DNA of 63,957 nucleotides, counting the filler, from Calcarisporiella thermophila CBS 279.70 (Eukaryota; Fungi; Calcarisporiellomycota): assembly GCF_041956535.1 (NCBI RefSeq). It is 12 parts of 11 records of this genome, joined end to end, with 100 filler letters (N's around TTAATTAATTAA, not from the genome) between each part and the next. Parts side by side here need not be neighbours in the genome. Positions count along the whole stretch, not along the records: positions 22,143 to 27,605 come from NW_027192198.1; positions 27,706 to 41,008 come from NW_027192199.1; 10 more parts are not named here. The stretch is one strand, 5' to 3'. The notes under the pieces are model-generated. The model saw only the letters and a list, made by a program, of their open reading frames with translations, made no database searches and was not told the origin of the DNA. Shown piece by piece: positions 22,730 to 36,070 of this stretch. How positions within the stretch are numbered: position 1 is the stretch's first letter; the number at the start of each line of letters is the position of its first letter. The position numbers and the translations under genes are program-made.

Positions 22730-23029
22730 TTACAACTGGTGATGAGAATCTAGTTACCCTCTTCTTCGGAAAAATCCAAAATCTGAAAGCTCATGGTCTG
22801 ATGTAAGTGTAACTACAGGCTTGTTTTCTGCATTAAGGACGGACAGTGGAACGCGTGGAAGACTTAGTGGATGATGACGGTAGTTTGCTAGCAGAGCGTA
22901 TCATGTCCGTATCTATTAAATTCGACATCAAGGATAATCAGCTCTGCCTCAACGGTCATCCCCTACAACTGGGCGTCTCACTTGTCAATGGGGATGCCGC
23001 CATTGCCGCAGGCCCTCAAAACCAGACTG

Positions 23030-24023
23030 AGGAATTCCCACTTTATCACTGCCACCTGGCCGGCAGGCCTGTCGTAGAATACTCCACCCGACAAGGACGT
23101 CACTTCCGACGCAACGGCTCTCTAGAGCCGAACATATTGGTGCCTCAATCCTGGCCAGAGGCTGGATCTACACCCGAGGATTGGAAGAAAATCTGGACTT
23201 CCGTCCACAAACGACCCACCCTCCCAAAACACCGTGCGCTACGCTGGCGGATTCTTGTGGAACGAGTGATCACTAACTCGACATTTCCTGGCCACGGTCC
23301 GAAGTGCACCCGATGTAACGCCTCGAGAGACACAATTCGGCATACTTTCTTCGAATGTCCTGAACTCACCCCAGTATGGCAATGGGCGGAGAGGTGCATC
23401 GTCACCATCACAGGCCCCCAGAATACTCCGGTGCTGACTGCTCGCAACCTCATACTAGGAGACCTCACGGAATCCTCGAGAACAGCGAGACACGAAGCCC
23501 GAATTACTTTTGACTCGGTGTTGTGGCAAATCCACCGAGATCGGATCGCCTTTCATTTCGAAAGCACCCGAGCATCACCCGAAATAATCATCAACCGGGC
23601 CAAACTAGATATTGAGGAAGTGATAGGAGCCGAACTAATCCGAGCACGAAAAAACCGGCAAATCGAACAGTTTCGAAGAAGATGGTGCAAGCTGGGTGCG
23701 GTTAGAGAAGGAGCGATCGGAGCGGCACTGATACTGGGATAACGCAGTAACCCCTACCTTATCCCCTTCCTATCCTCTGCTTCCATTTGTTTACTACTCA
23801 CCCCACTTCTTATGTTATCCTTTGATATCAACAGTTAGTTGAGTTTCACCATTCCCTTACCTATTTGTGCTGAAAGTCGATATGACCAACATATCATTTC
23901 GATCTACGATATCACTCAAAGCTTTAGCTTTGGCTTCCCTTTCATTTTATTGCTTATAATAATATAACAATTGTATTTTAGAGTCTTCCTATATAATAAA
24001 GACTCGGCATTGATAAAAAAAAA
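23030..24023 (+). mobile_element. LINE L-1-related subfamily (L-1b) 3' end
   Basis: zf-RVT-like CTRCNASRDTIRHTFFEC, distinct 3' UTR, AATAAA plus poly(A). Confidence 0.88.
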
Positions 24024-24042
24024 GCTTCATCGTTACAACACA

Positions 24043-24938
24043 CGTCTGGACCAGGTGGAAATGTCGTCCGTCAGAACCCAAGCATAGAACCCTTCGCTGG
24101 AGACTTATGAAGCATAAAATAGTTACCGGAATCATCACTAGCAAATGGACTGGAGCTCCTAACACTTGCAAAAGTTGTTCCCTGAGGATACCCGAAACAA
24201 TTGCCCATGCCTTTCTAGACTGCCCAGCTATCGCGCAACTCTGGCAAAGAGTTGACGAGACAAACTGCCGAATAATTGGAATACCGCCACACGAATCCAC
24301 GAAAGAAGACAGACTGTTTGGACAAGACAAACAAATAAGTCAACGCTTCAACGAAGTGGTTGCTCTGAGGCACGACATAGCCCTGTGGATAATATACCGC
24401 TCGAGACTTGAACTAGTGCTAGATGATGACCAACCCAACCCGATAGCCATAACCAAACAATTTGACCACGAACTACAGCGAGGAATAAAGTTCAAGTGGT
24501 GGATGGTAATGAAACAGAATCGGAAAAGAGACTTCATCGATAAATGGTCAAGGGGAAACTGAGTGAACATCATAGATGATTCTGTGATTTTCATCCAGGA
24601 CACCTCTGAAGATCAAATCCCAGTCCCAACTCCGGCTTGAGAACTGCACCCAACCCTTCACTGCTGTATATTAATACCATATCCTTTATCGTTCTTTTCC
24701 CTACCTTTCCTTTTTTTTTCTCCTTTCCTCTTCCTTCTTTTACTTTTTCAATCCTTCCCTTCTCTTCATCATTTCATGTACACAAGCAGCCTATCTTAAT
24801 ACCATTGCCCACAACTTTTTATCCCTCCCTCTTACGGTTATTCTTTTCCCCTTCTTTATTAAGCTGATTTCTGTTTCCATACTTTCCTAGCCCTTTCCTC
24901 ATCACATTTTCTATCTTCCTCTTACACTTAAATCCTAT

Positions 24939-24970
<32 letters not shown>

Positions 24971-25102
24971 TTTTCCTTCCATCCTCCAAATTCTGCAAGG
25001 TAGGCCAGGAGCATCACCTGGGTGATTTTGACGTAGAAGCTACCCTACCTTTTTAACAGGATAGGGTACTTTTCAATAAAGGTCCTTTGTTAAAAAAAAA
25101 AA
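24043..25102 (+). mobile_element. LINE family L-2 3' end with 12-bp TSD
   Basis: CKSC..ETIAHAFLDC zinc finger, pyrimidine-rich UTR, poly(A); TSD CGTTACAACACA at 24031-24042 and 25103-25114. Confidence 0.88.
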
Positions 25103-25114
25103 CGTTACAACACA

Positions 25115-25820
25115 TGTCGTCGCCCCAATCCTGGCCAGAGGTTGCATCCACGGCAAAGGAATAGGAAAAGGTCTGGACCTCCATCCAAAAACGGCCAACC
25201 CTCCCAAAGCACCGCACACTACGCTGGCGAGTCCTCGTAGAGCATGTAATTACAAACTCGACATTCCCTGGTCATGACCCGAAATGTACCCGCTGTAACG
25301 CTCCGAGGGACACCATCCGTCATACCTTCTTCGAATGTCCCGAACTCACACCAGTGTGGCATTGAGCGGAGAGGTGTATCAACGCCATATCAAGCTCCCT
25401 AAACACTCAGGTGCTGGACCCCAGGAATCTCGTACTTGGCGACCTACCAGAAGTCCCAAGGACAGAAAGACACACGGCTCAAACCGTCTTCGATTCGGTG
25501 TTATGGCAAATCCATCGGGACCGAATCGCTTTTCATTTTGAAAACACTCGAGCCTCATCCGAAACCATCATCATTCGGGCCAAGATGGATATTGAGGAGG
25601 CTATAGGAGCCGAACTAACAAGAGCCCGGATAAAGCGACAAATTGAACAGTTCCGAAGCAGGCGGTGTAAAATGAGCGCAGTGAAAGAAGGAGCTAATAG
25701 AGCGGCTCTAGAACTGGACTGACGCAGTAGCCCCTACTACTAGCCCTTCTCTTCCCTCATATTGGGACCCCGGAGACGATTCACTAGACTTTTCAATAAA
25801 GATCCTTTTTTAAAAAAAAA
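25115..25820 (+). mobile_element. Degenerate LINE L-1 3' end
   Basis: Homologous to 62793-63400 with internal stops; ends TTTCAATAAAGATCC-polyA. Confidence 0.85.
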
Positions 25821-25881
25821 TTGAAAAGCACAGGACTTAAGTTCTCGCGTCCATTGGGAAAAAATAGTAAGTTTTAAAAAA

Positions 25882-26503
25882 ATATACCGATCGAGACTTG
25901 GATTAGTACTGGACGATGCCCAGCCCAACCCGGTAGCCATGACCAACCAATTTGACCACGAACTACAGCGAGGAGTAAAGTCCAAGTGGTGGACAGCGAT
26001 GAAACAGAATCGGGAAAAGACTTCATCGATAAATGGTCAAGGGGAAACTGGTTGAATATCAGATATGAATCCGTGATCTTTACCCAGGATACCTCTGAAC
26101 ACCAAATCTCAGTCTCAACTCCGTCTTGAGTACCGCGCCCAACCTCCAAATTCTGAATATCAATATTCCCTTTATCTCTCTTTTCTCTTTTTTTTTTTCT
26201 TTTCTTTTTTTCTTCATTATTCCATGTGCATAAACAACGTATCCCAATGCTGTTGCACATAAACTTTTATCCCCCTCTCTCACATCTATTCCTTTCCTTT
26301 TCTTTTTTACATTTATTTCTGTTCCACTTCTTCTAATTTCTTTCTTTTTCATCTTTTCTCTCCTCCTCCTTCTCTTATATTATTTTTCCCTTTCTCCAAT
26401 TCCTAGATCCTTCAAGATAGGCCAGGACCTGGGTGATTTTGACGCAAAAGCTACCCTACCTTTTTAACAGGATAGAATACTTTCTAAGCTCCTCACAAAA
26501 AAA
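25882..26503 (+). mobile_element. LINE family L-2 3' end (second copy)
   Basis: Similar to 24392-25075, including CCTGGGTGATTTTGACG..AAGCTACCCTACC tail. Confidence 0.85.
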
Positions 26504-26524
26504 GTTCAAGTTTTGAATCCCGTT

Positions 26525-27360
26525 CAGAGTCAATCAGGGAGAAATACAAGGTGATCCCCTCTCTCCACATCTTTATAACATAGCTATAGAGCCACTCCTG
26601 GTTAAAATAAGGAGCGCGATCAGCGGTATAAAGATACTCAATATTCCGAGTAATGTGACTACAGCTTTTGCTGATGATATCACGGTGGCGATAACAGATC
26701 AGGGGAACGCCGACACATTGTTCGAAGTAATAGACAGATTTATTTCCTCTGCCAAAATTCCTAAGTGGACAATATTATAAAAAAATTTTATCTGGGGGAG
26801 GAGGGCCCACGAATATCTATGGAAATCTTCCAACCACTAAGGACAAGGCCTAGGACTCAATAATCCGAACTATTAAGCCGACGCGATACTTGCTACGTAG
26901 TTTCAAAGAATGACTATAGCAATATCTACGGGGATCTACTCATTTTAGGGTACAACTTACCATACGCATATTCGAAAAGTTCTACGCTCCAGCTGGAATG
27001 AGAATGGGTATCCTGGCAACGCAATACACACCACGGAAGCTCATCCGAACAGATGGAATATGGCCACGCCAGAGGTATGGAGAATTCTGAACGGCAAGCT
27101 AGATCTCACCCAGATATTCAACATCGAAGAAACACACTCTCTTCACATAAACCACAACGACTGTTGTACCATATTTGAAGACAATCAAAGGAATAGCAGT
27201 AAGCTCAGAGCACTAGATCTAACCGCAACCTTTATTGACAGAGTAGCAGTGGCAATGTCCGACCAGGAAGATCTCAACAAGAAGGCAGGATGCCTGGAGT
27301 TATTCAATCTAGCCTCCAACTAAAATATTAATCTCAATAAATCCGAAGCCGTTAATATTG
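26525..27360 (+). pseudogene. Fragmented non-LTR RT remnants
   Basis: QGDPLSPHLYNIAIEPLL and AFADDITVAI motifs, broken by deletions. Confidence 0.7.
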
Positions 27361-27441
27361 AAGGAAAGCATCTTCTGAGAAGTCAAAAGTGACAGGGAAA
27401 ACGCAATAAAATAAAATGAAAGAAATTCAAAAAAAAACTCT

Positions 27442-27514
27442 TGCCGGATCCCGGGATCGAACCGGGTACCTTAAGATCTTCAGTCTTACGCTCTCCCAGA
27501 TGAGCTAACCCGGC
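27442..27514 (-). tRNA. tRNA-Phe(GAA)
   Basis: GCCGGGTTAGCTCATCTGGGAGAGCG-TAAGA-CT-GAA-GA-TCTTA-...GGTTCGATCCCGGGATCCGGCA, followed by a T-run terminator. Confidence 0.95.
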
Positions 27515-27530
27515 ATTTAAGATTGTTATT

Positions 27531-27605
27531 TGTCATAATTCGAGTCACATATCAAGCTAACCCAACGATATTCAAGCTCCGACATTAATTAGGAACTAGT
27601 TAAGA
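27531..27605. mobile_element. LTR terminus (family T1) 16 bp upstream of tRNA-Phe
   Basis: Starts TGTCATAA; matches 34-103 in reverse complement. Confidence 0.6.
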
Positions 27606-27723
27606 NNNNNNNNNNNNNNNNNNNNNNNNNNNNNNNNNNNNNNNNNNNNTTAATTAATTAANNNNNNNNNNNNNNNNNNNNNNNNNNNNNNNNNNNNNNN
27701 NNNNNACGACAAATAAACGAAAT

Positions 27724-27805
27724 GACAGCTTGTCCGAGTGGTTAAGGAGTGTGACTAGAAATCACATGGGCTCTGCCCGCGCAGGTTCGAGTCCTGCAGC
27801 TGTCG
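27724..27805 (+). tRNA. tRNA-Ser(AGA)
   Basis: GACAGCT/AGCTGTC acceptor, TGTGA-CT-AGA-AA-TCACA anticodon arm, long variable arm, GGTTCGAGTCC, T-run. Confidence 0.95.
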
Positions 27806-28018
27806 CATTTTTTAATTATTTTTATTACTAGAATACTTGGAATAGGCAAAGGTTTTATTTTACAATTTTTATAAAATAAATAGATATCGTATTTTTAACA
27901 TAGCTATTAAAAATGTGTTATATAATATAGAGATGCGAAGAATTGGAAACTGTACAAAATAAAAACAAAAATAAATTGATGGTACACATCCATAGGGTTA
28001 GGTTATCCCCTTAAAGGG

Positions 28019-29981
28019 CTAAGTTTTAGCAACATCACCATTATATGTACTAGCCAATACACCAGAGCTTCCAGTGTTTGATGACGTCGAGGAACGTCGA
28101 GTTGGATCGGATTTTGATGATTTCCGCGGCATCATGCGAGGTTTTTTGATTGACTGTGGACTCTCGCTCGAATGATATTTAATTTGATCACTGCCATCAC
28201 GCCCTCCTCCGACCTGCGGTGGAGTATTGGCATTGTATAATTCTAGATTGCGATCTAATGCAGACAAATGAAATAACAAAATAACAATTGCATTCAATAT
28301 GCCTTTACCTTCTACAAAAGACCGCTTTCTCGAAGATGGCGAAGGATGTGAGTGAGATAGAGAGGGAGACTGTGTAGGAGGTCGCGGCGAAGGTATTATA
28401 GGTGTGGTTGTATCTGGGATTCCAGTCGAAGAGGCGGAAATGGAAGTTCGCGACCGCATATTTGAAATAGTTAGGGCGAATTTTTGAAGTGATTCTATAA
28501 ATAAGATATCTAATATAAGTTTATTCTCTAAATAAACATCTATATTTACCTTTGGGTCCTATATTATTATTCAAACTGAATGATACTAAGTCCTTCATCA
28601 TCCAGAAACATTCGCTAATCTGGTAAAAAATATTCATATATTAGAGAGGGGAAAAGATTATATAATATATAAAAATATAAGTAATACCTCAAAAAATCTC
28701 ATCACGCGCTCGGGAATCCCCCATGCATTTACTGGGCTAGTTGGGATAATGGAACGTTCTACGAACTTCATAGCTGAACCAGGGGACTTGTAGAGAAAAA
28801 TATTTGGATTTCTCTGATTAACGTTTGAGAATTCTCCATCAATTCTATGTGAGCCTATGGTTGTATCTCCTTTAGATAGAACATTCCTAGAGATATACTC
28901 AGCATGTTGCTGTGTTCGGAAATCGAAAGCTTCTATCTTATAAAACGAATTTATAGTGACACGCAAATGTCCTTCAAGGATAATCTATTGCGACAATAAA
29001 GAGATAAATAATATGGCGAGAGTGAAAATTAATGGGCAATATACCTTCACACCATGCTGGTAGTGGTGTAATAGCAAAGCTCGTGGGCATTCGATGTATC
29101 GTATTTGTTGCCCCATGTACTCTTGTATACTTCCAATTACTAGTTGTATAGATATAACCCCCTCTTCGCACAATGCATCGTAGAAACGTGGCAATATAGA
29201 TGCAGGTATATCTAATCACAAATATTTGGGGATAATTAATAAAGAGATAAAACTATGTAATAAAAAAAACGAGATACCAATTTGACGCGACTCATTATTT
29301 TCACAATTATGTAAATTTAATCGCATTACACCCGTTTCGCTGTAAAATTCGTTCACCAATGATCTCCAATAGTGTATATCCTTATTCTGCAAGGATAAAT
29401 GCAAATGTTAGGATCGACGAAAGTAAAAAATTAAAAACAACCAACCCCAATGCTTTGTGACAGTCTTTCACCATATTGCAATAGCTTTAGTACTGCACTT
29501 CCACGAGATGGACTAAAAAACAAGCACAGAATATAAGTCAAAAGTAGATTCAGGATATACCAAACTAAAATTTTGGAATTGTTATTATACACTTACATTT
29601 GAGATATTGCACTGGATCCAGTTGGTCGATGCGGCTGACGATTAGCTTGCATTGTTGGCTGCTGATATGGTGGCGATGGGTTGGCGTTCTGTTGTTTTGG
29701 AATAGGGTAGGTTGCAAACAATTGGCGGTAATTGGATGCAGAAGTACCTACTAGTTGAGGTGTCGAGAAGTTAAATTACCTGGAGATAAATGTTACTTAG
29801 ATGAATTACATTGTTCCATATCACCCATAGATAAGAATATCTTTTCTTGTTGCTGCTGCTGTTGATTTAGCGGTCGCTGCTGTCTCTGTAGTTCTGGTTG
29901 GAGATCTTGATATTGTTTTTCTTGTTGTTGGAAGAGATGTGTCTGTGAAGCAGGTGATATATACTGCGCAATAGTCGACAT
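28019..29981 (-). CDS. LIM-domain-binding/SEUSS-family transcriptional regulator (Mfg1/PtaB/Adn1-like), multi-exon
   Basis: Q-rich N-terminus; DIHYWRSLVNEFYSE, LPRFY, KIEAFDF...HAEYISR, SPVNAWGIPERVMRFFE..ECFWMMKDL. Confidence 0.85.
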
Positions 29982-30453
29982 TGAAAATTCACTTTAATGC
30001 AAATTATGGAGATGAGCAGGAAGTGAAGAAATATTGCGAAGAAATGAAAATGAAAGAAACACCAACGTTCAAATCCACTCTAGGCGTCACACAGACAATT
30101 ATTATTCACTTTGGAAAAAAAAGAATATAGTTAGGAAAATGTATCTGTGAAATCCAAATTCAAGAGGATATGCAATTTAGAATATACTCTGTATTTCCAA
30201 CTTGTTCCAAAATGAATTCTACAAAAGTTAACAGATTAAATAACCTAATGTAATAATTAAAACTCGAAGCTTTGACTGAAGAACTTGACGGTTATTACCA
30301 TGGCTGATTCTAAGCCACTTCTTAAAATTTAAACTCCGTATTGATACAGATATATATAACATTATTCTATGCAAAAAGAGTCAGAAATCTAGGAAAGCTT
30401 AAAATATAATAAAAATTTAAAACTGCATATTATAAATAGCCAGATGAGCTCTT

Positions 30454-33400
30454 TTAATTCACATCTTCCTCATTATAATGGAAGTGTTTTCTTTCAAGTA
30501 AACGTTCAAGTTTTGAATTTCCGAGGTGTGATTTCAAATAAGAAAAAGCTTGATTTAGGTCTATATGATGCGTTAGACTCCTAATAAATAAAAACGATAA
30601 GATGAACCGCAAAAATACAAAGTTATGAATGTACATCAATTTACCGTCTAGGAGCAACTGAAAGACAATGCCGCCCATCCAAACTCAGGTCTAATATGCT
30701 CGGGTCATGAGCCCCTGGGCTAAATCCAATACGAAGCGAGTATTCCTTAGTAGTGGAGGTTTCTCCGTCAGATTCAATTTGTGGATTTCGTTCATATAAT
30801 TCAAATGTGATTTGGGTTAAATAATCGAGTTCCGGGAGTTCGTGCTTTGCAATCCGTGTTGGGAACCCAGAAAGAAATACGATGTTAAGCAGGGTATGCA
30901 CATGGGATTCTGCAAAAAAAGTCGTTGAATAAATAGTATTAGAATAATGGAATATTCTGTATAAAAATTTACCTTTGGTAAAATAAAGGCGAGTACAAGG
31001 ATTGTCAGCTTTTCGAGCCTCCTCAAGGTCGAAAATAACTTGCTGTAGTAATGGATGACTTGTCAGTAATCCAATCTCAAGCTTTTCCTCGTCTTCAACA
31101 CCGTACTCGAGTGGTGCCACTAGGTCAAAGAGAGCCTTTGCACGGCGATAAAGCTCTTTAAGACGAGTAAGGCCATTCTCACGCTGTTCATCCTGTTGAA
31201 AACGCGATGAAAAGGATCCCCCATAACTCACAGGAGAAGAGGCTACACTTCCAGTTACAAATGCCAATGCGCCTGTGAACATATTCTTATTACCAGCGTT
31301 TTGCGATTGATCTGTCATTGCAGTGTATCCTATGCCTGGAGTAAGATTGCCTGAGTTTGATAATGGTGAAGGCTCTCCTTCTGGAACATATTCTCCAAAA
31401 ATTGTTTCCAGAAAACGTCGATTATGAAGCGAATCGTATTTTAATGTGTCATATAGCTCGGAGATCTTAGAGGGATCAAAATCCTCACGAGGAACATCGC
31501 AAAAATCTTTAAATAGTTTTTCCCAGCGCTCCCGGAAGAGCTCTGGACTTTCCGCACAACACCATTTAAGTTGAATCGTATCAATATCCATCCGGTCGTA
31601 GTTATGCTGCATTATTGTACGAAGTCCTGACATTATATCAATTACTTCGTGCACTACCTCGTAGGGTTCACCTAATCCTTCTGGCCAGCCACACATATGC
31701 TGCTTCAGGGTAAATTCAGTTTCACTGCGAAGCAAATTGCGTAGCTTATACTTGGCAATATCGAGTTGCTCCTTAGCGGCATTGGAATCATCCAACATCT
31801 TCTCTTTCAAAATTATGAAATCTTCCGGAAGGTCGCGATTGTTGCAAAATACGCGGGCAAAAATATCAGCAGTTGCGCTAACACGCTTCTCCGAGCTACT
31901 ATATACCTTGATGTCATCAAGCACTCGTCGGTTCATAATAATAAGATCCTTGCGTAAATTTTCGCCTAGATCGCGCGATTGATAACGGGCTGCATGAGTG
32001 AAAGTGCCACCCCATTTACATACCAAGTGTACTTTTTCTAGTTGATTTGGATCGGTTTTGCTATAGCTTGGTTTGAGTTGAACTTTAGTACCAGGAAGAT
32101 CTGCCTTTTTTTCTAGGACTCGAAGTAGTTGGTGAAGTTTCCGAGTATCTTCTAGGTTTTGATCCATTGCCTCCTTGACAGTGCTAGCCACTCGTTTTAA
32201 ATCACTGATTTTGCGGAGAATAACTTCTTCTTCACTTCCGCCTAGAAGGTCAATGAAAGGCTTCGAACTGAAAAAGAATTTCATCTTCTGCTTTGGTGTT
32301 CGATCCGCATGCCTAAACACTGTGATAAAGGCCTTAAGTCTCCATGAACTCTCATAGCTTAGCTCCTTAGGAATAGTAGGGGATAATGAGAGGCGACGAT
32401 TAAGCGATCTTGTGTTAGCAAGAAACATATTGCGCAGAATCTTGCAGCATTGATCGTAGTAAAAGTCATTTGCTTTCACAAAGGACCATCCATTGACATC
32501 AATGACATAAGATTGTCCATTAACACGAAGTAAATCGAATCCACAGATGGTCTGGCGAAACGCTAAGCAAACTTTACGGGCAATTTCTCGTTCAAAAGAT
32601 GTCAATTCGGTTACATATCGTAATTCTTTTCCCTCGTTGTTACGACGAACAATACCATCAACCACGGGTGATCTGCAAGTATGATAAAGAATAATTACGA
32701 AATTTCAAGTGGAAATTGAATTGAAGAGCACTTACTTTCTTGTTTCTGCATGAGCGAAATTTGGGCCAATTGTGTATACTTTTACATCCTCCGCATTATC
32801 TACCTCAAAAAACTCTTCGTATACAACTACGGATATCGAAATTAGCAGAAATTAGTAAAATTTAACAGTATACACAAAGACTGCATACACGAGCCGTTCA
32901 TTCGAGGTGTCTTGAGATTGGGATCGAATTCACTTGACTTGTTGGCAACTTTTCGAAAAAGTCGTCGGCCTCCACCTCCTCGAAGTTTATCATAATATAT
33001 ATGAATATTATGATCTTCGCCACTAACAGGCTTCTCAACAAAAGGTTTTTTAAGTTGCTTTCCGCCAACTTCCAGAGTCTCATCGTCTATTAAGCGAACG
33101 GCTTCTTCTTGAGATTGTAACTGTGCTTTATCAATTCCGAACTGATCCTTAATCATGCTCAGTACTTCAGAGGAGAGGCGCGGTCCACCATCACGATTGA
33201 CAATCAAACGAGGAGGAGTCGGAACTCCGATCGTATCAAGAATGCTGAGTACCACACGACGATCCCATAAAACTTCCTGCATTGCAAGATTGTTAACGCA
33301 GAATGGTTTTCGAAGCTTGACATACTCGACTGCCTTATGCAAAGGAAATCCGCTAGAGAAGAATGCGATAAGGAAGTCACAGACAGGCCAATTCTTCACA

Positions 33401-33756
33401 TCTATTCATGGTACGTTAGATTACCGTAATTTAATTTAATAATTTACATAATACAGTAGTCACCTTCATCTAAAATAACCTTGTCGCCAAATATTACAGT
33501 CTCGAACTGCCCACATGCAAGAAGTCGATTAAGGATATTACCCATGGGTTTAGATCTAGCTTTGTTGTCCATTGCACAAACTCCAATAACATCTATAGCA
33601 GAATTTAGTGTTTATTTTTTAATGTGACTAGAGATATCGCTTACATTTTCTGCCTGGAGCATTTTTAAGAGGAGGTGTGGAGAAGGGACGATAAAATCTC
33701 CGTGTTATTGATCCATTAAGGTTATTCGATGGAGATCGGTGCGGTATGTTAGTCAT
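30454..33756 (-). CDS. VIP1: Diphosphoinositol-pentakisphosphate kinase Vip1/Asp1 (PPIP5K), multi-exon
   Basis: ATP-grasp kinase ([30 protein letters not shown]) plus His-phosphatase [10 protein letters not shown]. Confidence 0.96.
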
Positions 33757-33889
33757 TTATCGGCTTATCTTTAGACTTGGTCTAAGTTTTTCGAAAACCC
33801 TCTCTTTTTGAATATAATTGAGTGTAACCTGAATTTTTGACATATAATTTCAAGCCACCAACACGTACAAAACTAATTTACAAAAAAAA

Positions 33890-33895
33890 ACGCGT
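33890..33895. promoter_or_regulatory. MCB-like box (ACGCGT) in a short divergent promoter
   Basis: ACGCGT plus two nearby ACACGC motifs within ~60 bp of the WD40 start codon. Confidence 0.3.
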
Positions 33896-33948
33896 GAAAA
33901 CACGCTTTTCTCAATTTATCACACGCTTCCTTCGAAGAAAACTATAAC

Positions 33949-35951
33949 ATGAAGAGACTCATTGATCTGGACAATGATGAAAATGCATTTCAAGCATCCC
34001 CAACTGAGCGAATCAAAAAGGAGAATAAATCAACGACAGAAGAAAACGATTTTTCCGATGATAAAACAATGACCAATGTTAACGAAAATTTAAAAGAGAA
34101 CTCATCAACTATGTCGCCTGCAAATGATTCTAATTTTACAGCAGAAGAACCAGATATAACTGATCAACCGACTAATGACTCCACAATAATTCAGCACTTA
34201 GATCAGAGTACATCCGAAAGAGATGAGATGCAGGAGAATATTTTCAAGAATTTTCGACTTAGAAGAGTTATACGAGAAAATCATGGACAAGACACGACGC
34301 GCGCAGTATTTTTTTTTGATGCAGATCACATTGGACCGCATCAAGATTTTGAACATGACAGCCGTCTAGCTCTGGAAAAGAATCCCCAGGATACTTGTAA
34401 TATTGTGGCAACTGTCGGAGGTGCACAGGTATATCGATTAAACTTTTGAAAATTAATCATTGTATTTAATGATATTAAATTTCTGTTCCTAGGTTAACAT
34501 ATATGATAATGAACATTGTGGAGATAACCTAGATCTAGTTTCTCATTTCACTCTCGATCCTTCGGAAAACAGAAAAACACAAACTTCTAGGAAGGTAGTT
34601 ATATTTTGCTCAAGCAATAAACTTCTTTGGCATCACTTTAAGCTCTTATCTAAACATAGGAACTCAACGCATGCTGCTGGATACGAAAAGGATATGATGG
34701 CTATCTTATTACTGCTGGCAAAGATACTATGATTCATATTCTTAGCATGCTAACATCACAAGAAGTGAAGGTGTTATCAGGCCATTCCAGTAAATATACA
34801 AAATACCTATTCTTTTTGCACAAATCAATAATAGAAAATCGTCCTCTTTCTAGAACCTATTGTGGACCTCCAACGTGTTCCTAACAGCAAATCATATATC
34901 ATGTCAGCATCGCGAGATGGAACTGTACGTCTTTGGAACATAGACACCGAGAATTGTTTAGCAATATATGAAGTCGATGCCTCAGTTATTGTGAGTCTGT
35001 TTGTAATTATAAAATTACCATGCTATTGATTATAATGCACATTCAGGCAATTGAACCTTCGGGAAAACAGTTCTTTACGGGAGGATTTAAAGGAGACATA
35101 CGTCGATGGGATTTACCCAGTCTTGATTACATACCGGAAAGCCCCAAAGTTTTCGGAAGATTAGAGAGTCAGCTTGTCACTCTTATTGGACATCCAGGTA
35201 ATGGGAAGAAGCCGCACGGGGATTCACCTATTGGTATTTTTAAAAACAATTTTATCTTTGATTCTAGTCAATTTTCTTACGTTTGACAATATATCTTTAG
35301 ATTGCATACGGTTCGCGGGTGAGCATATAGTTTCAAAATCAACAAATAACCGAATGGAAATGTGGGACCCAGAAACCTTTCAAGTAGCTTAATAATTGCT
35401 TGATTGTGGGTATAAAATTTTACAAATATTTTATTTATAGCATATACGATCCTTCAAAGTAAAAAACAGTATAGACAATGTTTGTCGATTTGATATCAGG
35501 TAAACTTACTATACATTGAATGTTCATATTTTCAATATATACCAAGTAATTCTACTTTCTTTTAGCCTTGATGGAAAGTTTCTAGCGGTAGGGGGAAGCA
35601 ATGGGAATGCATATATATACAACTTACGCACAGGAAAAGTAGTAGTTGAGCTTAGTCATAGACGTGCTGTAAAGGCAATTCGAGCATGTGCATTCTCACA
35701 CGATTGCAGGTGGGTAGTGCACTTTGGTTTTATTTTTTCCATTGTAATTTAATATTTTTCAAAATAGAAATGTAATATGCACTACTCAAGGCGCGACAGT
35801 ACTGAGATATGATTACGTTCCTGCGGAGACACTTGAAAAATGGGATAAGTGGCAGGAGAAGAATGCTAAACGCTTAGCTAAGCAACGAAACAAAAATGCG
35901 AAAAACAGCGGAGGAAGCAACAGTAATAAGCGTGCAAGAATTCGCAAATAA
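33949..35951 (+). CDS. EED/ESC-like (or LRWD1-like) WD40 protein, multi-exon
   Basis: VIRENHGQ, VATVGG, DCIRFAGEHIVSKSTNN, RFDISLDGKFLAVGGSNG, AIRACAFSHDCR align by eye with EED motifs. Confidence 0.7.
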
Positions 35952-36070
35952 TGAATTTTGGAAAGAATTTTGATATTGTTTTGGTGGCTTAGTATTTCTT
36001 TACCAAGAAGGCGCTTGCACTTTTTTGAAATCTCTTTATTTTAACCGAAAATAAATAAAAATAATAAAAC

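Noticed and set aside
26505-26530. tRNA-3'-end-like TTTGAATCCCGTTCAGAGTCA
   Set aside because: Too short and degenerate; no A box or cloverleaf
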